A DNA stretch of 32,000 nt from Thermodesulfobacteriota bacterium (lineage in GTDB: Bacteria > Desulfobacterota > WTBG01 > JAGOGO01): positions 3,192,651 through 3,224,650 of the forward strand of contig CP113000.1 in assembly GCA_026625185.1 (NCBI GenBank). Reading direction: 5' to 3'. The position numbers and the translations under genes were made by a program. The notes beneath the pieces were generated by a model. That model had not been told where the DNA came from. It did not search any database and saw nothing but the letters and a program-made list of their open reading frames with translations. Shown here one piece after another: positions 25,801-32,000 of this stretch (its first letter is position 1; every line of letters starts with the position of its first letter).

Positions 25801-28658
25801 CGCCAGATCTCCATTGTGTCCTGTCCGGCAACCGAAAGCACAGCTTCAGAATGAATGCGGTTATAGGTATGGGAAACTTTGACCGCATCTGGGCTCAGCC
25901 GAGTGACTGCGTAATCAAGGCCGGCCCGCTGCACCGGGTTATAGGACAGTGACCAGATGCTGCCCAAATTTTCTTCCGGCAGATCTTTGTCTTTCAGATA
26001 GAAAAATTTTCCGCACAACCACTGCGGATCAGCAGGCGGACGAGTCAAGTCAAGCTCTTCACCCTTGCGCACGGAGCTGAACACCCGGCTGTATCCCCGG
26101 CCGCCGGCCTTTAATTCAACGGTGTAAACGCCATTGGTAAGCACATGCGTTTTTTCTTCAAATAGGGCCGGTGGACAGACCGAAGATTCTGATTCCTTCC
26201 CCCGGTATTGCGGGGAGTTGCCTCGAGAGCTGCAGCGCTCGTTTCGGACCAGCATAAAAAGCCCGATTGTCAACGCGCCAAGAATGCATGCCCCAATCAG
26301 AAAAGCTCCGGGAGGCAAAAAAGTCTGGCCTTGGATTTTACTCGCAGCCTCATACCGGCTCCAGACCATATCCCACTCATTACCCCGGGGCATAAAAAAA
26401 GGAATTAACAGCGGTGCCCAGGTCGCAAATCGCCTCACCCCTTCCGGCATCCAGCGCGTGCGGGCAGAGTAGCCTAGAGCGCGGGCAGCTTTTTCATCAA
26501 CCAGGTCGCCGCCCACAAATGACAAGTTAACTAAGGTTGCCACCCTCAACCCCATGTGATCAAACCAGATAAGAACCCGGAACCAATCATAGACCAGAAG
26601 ATTCGTGAACACGTGCAGGCTCCACGAGCGAAATGAATCCGAACCCAGCGCAAACGTTTTCACAGTTGCCAGGGTGCTGCGAATCGCGCCGTCCTGGTTA
26701 TACCACGTTGGGTCCGGGGACATTTTCAGAAAAGAATTAATAATGGGCGCCATCCATAAGCCCCACCGCAACACGCGGACGGTCTGTTCAACAACACCGG
26801 TAAAACCGGCCAGGCTCATCAGTTCCCGCAATGGCGCGGTGCTGCGGCGTAAAAGCGCGGTAAGCAAAACCAGGTTAATGCTAAAAAGCGGCGCGGCAAA
26901 CGCCCAGTTGACCACGCCGGCAACTGCCTCAGAATACAAAAGCCGGACGCCCCCCCCCACCGTGCCGAGATTCACGGCGCCCCATTTGTTAAAAAGGGGG
27001 TAGGTAACGTAGTCCTTTACTTCGATTCCTGAGGCCGGATAAAAGAGAGCGGCATACCGTTGCAGCTTGTCGGCAACCACCCTGGTCTGAGGCCCGTCAA
27101 AATACCAGGCGAGAATGCCGCCGATCGTGCCTCCCAGAAAAATGCCAAGAGCGTATACTTTCCATGTCTGCAATTTTTTCCGCGTGCCTTTTGCGCTTTC
27201 AATCATGTCGCGGAACAGATCAACTCCGCCATAGGCAACCGCGCCGATGGCAAAGCCCCAGGTGAATCGATCAAGGCTTTCGGCAATAAGCAACCCGCTG
27301 CGCAATGCGTAGCAAAGTACGCCTCCAACGACCGCTCCCCGCAAGCAATGGGTGACTGCCTGGTAATTAGTGGCAAACCTTCCGAAAATGGGCGTACTCA
27401 CGTCAAAACTTTCAATGATGGTTTTTAAAAGCGGAAACAGGAGAGCTCCAATCACCAGAGAGGTTATCAAGGGATTGTGAGTGAAAAATAACTGAACCTG
27501 CTGATTCTTAAACAACAGGACACTACTGTGGACAAGCGCCATGAAAATCCCGCTATACACGGCTCCCTTCAGGCACCCGTTCCGGAAATGTTCCGTTCCC
27601 CAGTACCACGTCGGCTTCTTGCCATGCATGACGTCCAGAAGAATGCCGGTCAAAAGATACACCTGCCCCCACAGCCCGGCCTGAGAAGCCATGGTAGCCC
27701 CAAGCACCAAAGCCATTTTCAAGATAAAAGGCAGAGACGCTGCGCCGGCAAGACAACCCCCGTTGGCGATGGCCGGAGTAAGACCGCACCATAAAGCACT
27801 GGTAATTAATAAAGCATGCACACGGCCGTCCCGCACCAGACATCCGGCGATAAGTATGTTCACCAGGCCGGCAACTCCCTCGTTAAATATCAATAAAACA
27901 ATCACCCGCCCCACCGCTTGAAAAAACTCCGGTGAAGCCTTCAGACCGAACATCAGGACGGAGCCGGTTTGTTGAAGCAGCACCGGGGACTGTAAAAGAA
28001 GCAGCCAGTTAAAAAGAACCGGGGCAACAAGCACCCCAGCGACATGAAGGGGTTTTTCGCGGTTTCCGGTGGTAGCGAGAGAAAAAATAATCAGCCCGAA
28101 ATAGATAACAATGACCAGCGCAGCGGCAAAATCGGTGAACCTAAAAATCTCACTCCACGAAGCCGGCGCTTGCCATATCCGCAAAGTAACCCGCACTGAT
28201 AAGACCAGAACTCCGATGACGAGAAAGTCCTGGGTCGCTTCCCGGAAACTGAGAAACCGCGCGGTAAAGGAATAGGTAAGAATCGCCGTGGCAAGCACGC
28301 CGAACAGAGCAGCAATAAGCGCCTTTTCCGAGGTGCCTTCCCGGCAGGCAATCAGGACCGTGCCTGCCATGAAGACTATCGCCCCAAAGGAGAGTAGCGC
28401 TGAAAGCAGCAGTTTTTTTAGAAATCCGGCATTTCGTTTTTGAGATATAATCATTTCCAACAGCAAGCGGGGTCTTGTCGTCACCAAACGCAGCCACGGG
28501 GCGCCGCCGATTAAAGTTGTTTGCAAACCGGACTTAAGCAAACCCCGGGTAACATTCACTAAGAAAAGTTTGCAGCCTTCTCCCAGGACATTCCGTTCCG
28601 GGGAGTAGGGTCGCATTTTTGATAATGATTTTGTTTCATAACCGATAAAATTTGTCAA
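22869..28658 (-). CDS. Giant fusion protein: ~800-aa polytopic membrane domain (unassigned) + GH94 glycoside-phosphorylase-type domain (cellobiose / beta-1,2-oligoglucan phosphorylase, Cgs C-terminal type)
   Basis: 1929 codons uninterrupted. Residues ~75-805 are almost entirely hydrophobic helices. Residues ~835-1929 carry YGFRDQLQD (1505-1513), IGTGDWNDGLN (1641-1651; DWND is encoded at 23715-23726) and ENGGQYSHGSSW (1788-1799). The TTG start at 28658 is uncertain; the next ATG is at 28616. Confidence 0.85.
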   Translation of the reverse strand: MTNFIGYETKSLSKMRPYSPERNVLGEGCKLFLVNVTRGLLKSGLQTTLIGGAPWLRLVTTRPRLLLEMIISQKRNAGFLKKLLLSALLSFGAIVFMAGTVLIACREGTSEKALIAALFGVLATAILTYSFTARFLSFREATQDFLVIGVLVLSVRVTLRIWQAPASWSEIFRFTDFAAALVIVIYFGLIIFSLATTGNREKPLHVAGVLVAPVLFNWLLLLQSPVLLQQTGSVLMFGLKASPEFFQAVGRVIVLLIFNEGVAGLVNILIAGCLVRDGRVHALLITSALWCGLTPAIANGGCLAGAASLPFILKMALVLGATMASQAGLWGQVYLLTGILLDVMHGKKPTWYWGTEHFRNGCLKGAVYSGIFMALVHSSVLLFKNQQVQLFFTHNPLITSLVIGALLFPLLKTIIESFDVSTPIFGRFATNYQAVTHCLRGAVVGGVLCYALRSGLLIAESLDRFTWGFAIGAVAYGGVDLFRDMIESAKGTRKKLQTWKVYALGIFLGGTIGGILAWYFDGPQTRVVADKLQRYAALFYPASGIEVKDYVTYPLFNKWGAVNLGTVGGGVRLLYSEAVAGVVNWAFAAPLFSINLVLLTALLRRSTAPLRELMSLAGFTGVVEQTVRVLRWGLWMAPIINSFLKMSPDPTWYNQDGAIRSTLATVKTFALGSDSFRSWSLHVFTNLLVYDWFRVLIWFDHMGLRVATLVNLSFVGGDLVDEKAARALGYSARTRWMPEGVRRFATWAPLLIPFFMPRGNEWDMVWSRYEAASKIQGQTFLPPGAFLIGACILGALTIGLFMLVRNERCSSRGNSPQYRGKESESSVCPPALFEEKTHVLTNGVYTVELKAGGRGYSRVFSSVRKGEELDLTRPPADPQWLCGKFFYLKDKDLPEENLGSIWSLSYNPVQRAGLDYAVTRLSPDAVKVSHTYNRIHSEAVLSVAGQDTMEIWRVRLQNLENKPRTIELTSYRELVMNVHGAFWRHPIFNNLHVATWFVRPLNAIFARNNLLKDIPRDSLRRKRSRETAFHAVKENADGTVTLIGYEDFRPYFLGQATLRMPEGLRKNLRDPEDEGLLYSFSPAACLRLLIKLPPHGGTKVEFVDGYAEDEHQAAQLITRYLGIPNPNGHTFEASFAKMRRLLNHESSGNHDALRQPHQDKAVSPDSGVFSFSEEGTELYMGWKTPRPWAHIMANEKGYGAIAANDGDIYSFMGNAQQNGLTPFNFGSTLVQTPSQVLYLFNQATGKAETPTYAPLRQKDALYRITFGKGYVIYKKVRESVDMEYTLAVLPDQPAEVRLLTIRNRGNEMISYRVVPYFQMMLGEEAFDTEGKIIARFDDARQAFFFTNPNNDFHKGWAFIATSIPVEAVETLRKRFIGGPDRRISWPYMVEHGTPDSCQSDGGYRIAGFASTITIPPGGEETIAIVAGQADDFETAGTIIRTLREVPAAQEAWEKTKRWWSDKLSTMRIETNEPAFDRMVNDWLPYQVYVSHLWGRTGLCQRSGAYGFRDQLQDVLPLVFLDPEICRSQILLHASQQFAEGDVLQWWHQSWEGKTGLGLRGRASDHHLWLPYLVSHYVQATGDHGILDEKVPFLEPRPIPKGANEILFAQRSSRGFASLYEHCLKAIQFSLRKQGAHGLPLIGTGDWNDGLNQVGPRGKGESVWLGFFLYEVLCRFAELVKVKKGKFTKQYFFKKAQGLKQALDRMWRGNHYIRAITDDGRELDVADALTASWPIISNAADFEKGATAMATGLEELEKDNLILLCSPPFNDDSDPYPGRIADYPPGVRENGGQYSHGSSWMVDALLRLADLAEGKNDGNRANKYRIKAVEVWLKISPLTHMNNSSYGLSPHQQAADIYFGPGYEGRGGWSWYTGAAGRMLYTAYIMLGLKMEYGNLILAENAFAPKGSLRLKRVVYRGKTYEQGTYNQVI

Positions 28659-28665
28659 TGAGATT

Positions 28666-29100
28666 TTAAGATTCTGGAAAAAGCCGGCTATATTCTTTAA
28701 ACATGCAGTGGTCCTGAATAAATATGATACCGTTTTTTTCAGCCAGCATTTTGGCCTCTTCGTTTTGAATCCCTTCCTGCAGCCAAATGACCCCTATATC
28801 GCCTTTCTCCTTTTTTCTTTGGATAGCTTCCTGGACGATGCTGAGCGCTTCTTCGGAAGGACGAAACACCTCAATGATGTCAATGCGCTCCTCTACTTCT
28901 TTTAAATTGTGATAGCATCGTCGGTTGAGGATCATATCCGCGCTGGGATTAACGGGGATGATGGCATATCCTTTGGCAAGGAGAAAGGCGGGAACTCGAT
29001 GCGCAGCCTTTTTAGGATTTTTCGACATTCCATAGACCGCAATGGTGTGGCAGTTTTCAAAAATCTCAGGAATACGATCATTGTTTTCCATACAAGTCAC
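28666..29100 (-). CDS. CoA-binding domain protein (YccU/YneT-like)
   Basis: 144 aa. IAVYGMSKNPKKAAHRVPAFLLAKGYAIIPVNP is the CoA_binding_2-type Rossmann motif. Its stop lies 5 nt upstream of the first candidate start codon (TTG at 28658) of the giant ORF. Confidence 0.8.
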   Translation of the reverse strand: MTCMENNDRIPEIFENCHTIAVYGMSKNPKKAAHRVPAFLLAKGYAIIPVNPSADMILNRRCYHNLKEVEERIDIIEVFRPSEEALSIVQEAIQRKKEKGDIGVIWLQEGIQNEEAKMLAEKNGIIFIQDHCMFKEYSRLFPES

Positions 29101-29300
29101 TCCTTTTTTTCGCTTATAACCCGAACCCTCCTTAAGAAAGCTTAATTTTATGGGATACCCCTTCTTGTTTTAGTTCAGAGGTTGTATTTTATACGTTTTA
29201 CCCTTTATTTTTAAAACTATTTATCATTATTCGCAATAATTAGCTGCAACAATCCGCATAGCCTCTGCTTCTGAAGATAATTCCCAACGAAACCAAATCC

Positions 29301-29339
29301 AAAATAAAAAAGGCGACGTACAAATTAAATGCGTCGCCT
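29301..29339 (-). terminator. Rho-independent terminator downstream of csp (hairpin also readable on the plus strand)
   Basis: An 8-bp stem AGGCGACG (29311-18) / CGTCGCCT (29332-39) with a 13-nt loop. On the minus-strand transcript it is followed by TTTTTTATTTT (plus-strand A-run 29301-10). There is also a T-run on the plus side. Confidence 0.7.
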
Positions 29340-29362
29340 TTTTTTTGCTTCGATTTTTTCGA

Positions 29363-29575
29363 TTAAGCCAAGATCGTTACTTTCTCAGCCTGGGGGCCTT
29401 TTTTACCCTCGGTAACCGTAAGCTCCACTCGTTGGCCTTCTTCCAAGTTACGGAAGCCACCGCCTTCAATGGCGCTATAGTGCACGAAAACATCGGGTCC
29501 TTGCTCTCTCTGGATAAAACCAAATCCTTTGGAGCCATTAAACCACTTCACTGTGCCAGTTTCTCGCTCTGCCAT
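29363..29575 (-). CDS. cspA: Cold-shock protein, CspA family
   Basis: 70 aa. [15 protein letters not shown] (RNP1) and DVFVHYS (RNP2). Confidence 0.95.
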   Translation of the reverse strand: MAERETGTVKWFNGSKGFGFIQREQGPDVFVHYSAIEGGGFRNLEEGQRVELTVTEGKKGPQAEKVTILA

Positions 29576-29705
29576 GTTACTTCACCACCTTTCATTTTTT
29601 TATTTCGTTGTAGCAGAGCGTTCTAAACCAGCCTGGGAATTATTCTGTACTAAATCTTAAACCACTCTCAACAACATATCCGTAGAAATATTCTACGTTG
29701 CCGGC

Positions 29706-29734
29706 ATAGTACACCTGGGATAATATGTTGTCAA
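29706..29734 (-). promoter_or_regulatory. Sigma-70-type promoter candidate for csp
   Basis: The minus strand reads TTGACA (29734-29729), a 17-nt spacer, then TACTAT (29711-29706). This would give a ~120-nt leader containing a perfect 7-bp hairpin CGTAGAA-ATAT-TTCTACG (about 29681-29698). Confidence 0.5.
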
Positions 29735-29864
29735 GAGAAAACAGCATTAAGAAAAAAAGATCAGTTCTTTTATTATCAACTTTTACTATTGAGAGAAGAA
29801 CATAAACCAATAAGTTCCAAGTAGTTCAACAAAAGAACGCATCAAATAAAAGCATACCGTATCG

Positions 29865-29997
29865 AAGTAAACCCCGTTAGAAGAATTTCACACGGGGCAT
29901 TTAACCCGGGTGAAAAAGTGTAAGAATTTTTAAGTGTACTCGTGCTTCCTCACCCCGTTAGCTATTTGATATCTAACGGATAAACAAAAAAAAATGC
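29865..29997. repeat. Interspersed intergenic repeat, copy 2 (partner at 12282-12427)
   Basis: Same ordered blocks as copy 1. Contains hairpins CCCCGT-N12-ACGGGG and CCGTTAG-N11-CTAACGG. Confidence 0.6.
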
Positions 29998-30283
29998 ATG
30001 TTCTGCTCAAAATAAAGGGTTTTTGGCCAAAAAATACTACTTTTACCCCATAGTTTTTTTTTGATATACGATATAAATAGCTTTCAGAAAAATAATAGAG
30101 AATTGCATAACCGTGCCCACCCAGCATGGCCGGAAGAAAAATTTTACTGATATTCCCATTAGTCTATGTAAAACACAATTAATCGCCGAGAATTTTTAAA
30201 ACTAACCGTATTAGGGTCGGCAACCTTTTTGCCAGGCTGCCGAACGTTATCCAATAAACCACAATCAATAGGAGGAAACAACC

Positions 30284-30862
30284 ATGGCTTATAGTGCAAA
30301 AGATTATTCAAAGCTCATTGGGATGGAGGGTTTTAGCGAAACGATTCTCAAAAACCACTTCACGCTTTACCAAGGTTATGTTACCAACACCAACAAGCTT
30401 TTGGAAACCGTTGGCCAGATGCTCAAAGACGGAAAAACCGGGACACCTGAGTTCGCTGAGCTAAAAAGAAGGCTGGGGTGGGAATTTAACGGCATGCGCC
30501 TCCACGAGTACTACTTTGAAAACCTCGGGGGGAAAACCTCTCCTGGAAAAAGCCAGCGACTCATCAAAGAGCTTGCCGAAAATTTCGGGAGCTACGAAGT
30601 CTGGGAAAAGGACTTTAAAGCCACCGGAGCGATGCGCGGTATAGGCTGGGTGGTGCTTTATCAGGACCAGATGGCCAATAAACTCATTAATTTTTGGATC
30701 AATGAGCATGATGTTTCCCATCCTGCTGGCTGCAATCCCCTGCTCATTATGGATGTATTCGAACACGCCTTTATGCTTGATTATGGTCTCAAACGGGCTG
30801 ATTATATTGATGCATTCTTTAAAAATATCGATTGGTCACCGGTGGAGGCCAGGATAAAATAA
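30284..30862 (+). CDS. Fe/Mn-family superoxide dismutase, divergent N-terminal motif
   Basis: 192 aa. The C-terminal DVFEHAFMLDY (Asp/His metal ligands), LHEYYF (His ligand) and NH..LYQGYVTN (first His ligand and Tyr34 equivalent) align to SodA/SodB. AGGAGG RBS. Confidence 0.8.
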   Translation: MAYSAKDYSKLIGMEGFSETILKNHFTLYQGYVTNTNKLLETVGQMLKDGKTGTPEFAELKRRLGWEFNGMRLHEYYFENLGGKTSPGKSQRLIKELAENFGSYEVWEKDFKATGAMRGIGWVVLYQDQMANKLINFWINEHDVSHPAGCNPLLIMDVFEHAFMLDYGLKRADYIDAFFKNIDWSPVEARIK

Positions 30863-31046
30863 GCAGTGAACTATACGGAAAATTATCAAGATTTTTCATT
30901 TAATATCATCCGGAAATATTTTTTCTGCTCAATCCCAAGAATAATACCCTAATGAATGGCACAGAAATATAAAGACCTGCCTACGGGAGCATTGATATAC
31001 CCTATCAAATCATCTCGGCATGGGTACCTTGTCATACTTTGGGTTC

Positions 31047-32000
31047 TCATGCTCGGGAGGAAGGCTTGAGTCGCGCGGCGAGATTGGAGGTCGGCTTTTC
31101 CACCAACACGTACAATACATGGGCAGCGCCGATGCTTGCCACCAGAGCCAAAGCCAGCCAGAACACTGCCGCATGAGGGTGGTCTCCGGTGATACGATAG
31201 CCAAGGTTAGTGACAAGCCAACCGGAAGAATAATGAACGAGAAAAAGACTATACGAAATGCGGCCCAAATACTTCAAGGGCCGAACCGAAAGCCATTCGT
31301 GGATTCCCCGAGATTGTCCGGCACGATAGAACGTTACCCCGACGATAACCGCAATGACGATTTCGATCCGAAAGCGAAACGCCATACCAGCCAATAGTAT
31401 CGCCGCATACGCCCAAAAGGCAGCCGTAGGAACCCTCCGCTCCAGAGTCCACCAGGCGAGTGCGCCGAAAACCGGCATGTGGAAAAAATAGATGATCCAC
31501 ATATCCATGCTGCTTTCGAGGTTAAACACGAACAGCGCCAGAATCGCTGGCGGCAGAAAAAACGCTAAGAGCACGATCCATTCGCCTCGCGCTCCCGGAG
31601 ACCGGTTACGGGAAACACGGTCTGCCGCGCCGAACAGCAGGATGAATGCCAGTCCCCACTGCAGAGCAATGCCGACAAACCAGAGACCGGCAGATATGTT
31701 CGGATATCTCGTAATGTCCTGCAGGAAGGTCAGTTGCGACAGGAGCTGTAACCATGTGACCCGTCCGGAAAACGACAGGTCGCCGGACAGACTGACGACG
31801 AAATAGTTAAGAATCGCCACCAGCAACACGACAACCCAGTAAGGGCCTCCCAGACGAACAAGACGGCGGAGGAAAAAATTTCCGAAAAAGGTTTCAGTTA
31901 TTTTGGTGTTTCGCAGTGAGTAAGCAGTAACGAAACCCGCGATCACCAGAAATACCTGAACGCCCATCCACCCGTGTCGCACCAAATGCTCAAAATAGTC
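31047..32000 (-). CDS. Acyltransferase family 3 membrane protein (OpgC/OafA-like); 5' end beyond the window
   Basis: The reading frame stays open to position 32000. HGWMGVQVFLVIAGFV is the Acyl_transf_3 signature, and ~9 further hydrophobic helices follow. Confidence 0.75.
   Translation of the reverse strand, partial: DYFEHLVRHGWMGVQVFLVIAGFVTAYSLRNTKITETFFGNFFLRRLVRLGGPYWVVVLLVAILNYFVVSLSGDLSFSGRVTWLQLLSQLTFLQDITRYPNISAGLWFVGIALQWGLAFILLFGAADRVSRNRSPGARGEWIVLLAFFLPPAILALFVFNLESSMDMWIIYFFHMPVFGALAWWTLERRVPTAAFWAYAAILLAGMAFRFRIEIVIAVIVGVTFYRAGQSRGIHEWLSVRPLKYLGRISYSLFLVHYSSGWLVTNLGYRITGDHPHAAVFWLALALVASIGAAHVLYVLVEKPTSNLAARLKPSSRA

Noticed and set aside
23274-27921. Many 60-250-aa ORFs on both strands inside the giant gene (e.g. 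25209-25952, 23873-24343, 26605-27003, 27553-27843)
   Set aside because: All are nested in or antisense to a 1929-codon ORF with clear GH94 motifs. Their Arg/Pro/Gly-rich translations are typical of off-frame reading of GC-rich coding DNA.
29865-29997. Whether the GTTAG/CTAAC motifs in the 12282/29865 repeat family are attC sites
   Set aside because: The polarity is wrong. The hairpins read 5'-GTTAG...CTAAC-3' on both strands, whereas attC reads 5'-...AAC...GTT...-3'. No cassette ORFs are associated with them.
1-32000. Window-wide look for CRISPR arrays, tRNA/rRNA genes, integrase/transposase/reverse-transcriptase genes and toxin-antitoxin pairs
   Set aside because: I found no regularly spaced direct repeats, no cloverleaf-like or rRNA-like sequence, and no ORF with recombinase, transposase or RT motifs. 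Their absence is by eye only.

Overview
This 32-kb window comes from a Gram-negative-type bacterium. Coding lines I counted were about 45-58% G+C, and the intergenic DNA is very AT-rich with many REP-like hairpins. I recognised no rRNA, tRNA or CRISPR array.

The backbone is housekeeping and lies mostly on the minus strand: argS plus a SPOR protein, yebC-ruvC-ruvA-ruvB plus a small GIY-YIG gene, typA, a csp gene, an Fe/Mn-SOD-like gene and queH.

Two accessory themes stand out.

1. At 5.3-8.8 kb, a plus-strand island sits between argS and the ruv operon. It carries three cargo genes: a DUF2971-like protein, a GC-rich arfB, and a NucS/DUF91-like PD-(D/E)xK nuclease. Two 61-65 bp imperfect palindromes sit right after stop codons and have attC-type ends (ATCTAAC...GTTAGGC and GTCAAAC...GTTAATG). 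This looks like an integron cassette array without an integrase in view (CALIN-like).

2. At 14.3-32 kb there is a dispersed periplasmic-glucan (OPG / beta-1,2-glucan) type gene set with no recognisable OpgH or GT84 polymerase. It comprises an AMIN protein plus an OpgD/G homologue, a low-GC pair (a GT-C glycosyltransferase and an OpgB/LtaS-like transferase), an acyltransferase-3 gene, and a 1929-aa protein. That protein fuses an ~800-aa polytopic membrane domain I cannot assign to any family to a GH94 phosphorylase-type domain. This fusion is my best candidate for an undescribed system.

The window also holds two families of interspersed intergenic repeats and a 165-bp element bounded by perfect 13-bp inverted repeats.

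All family assignments come from motif recognition by eye, with no searches run. Coordinates of hand-mapped sites may be off by 1-2 nt.
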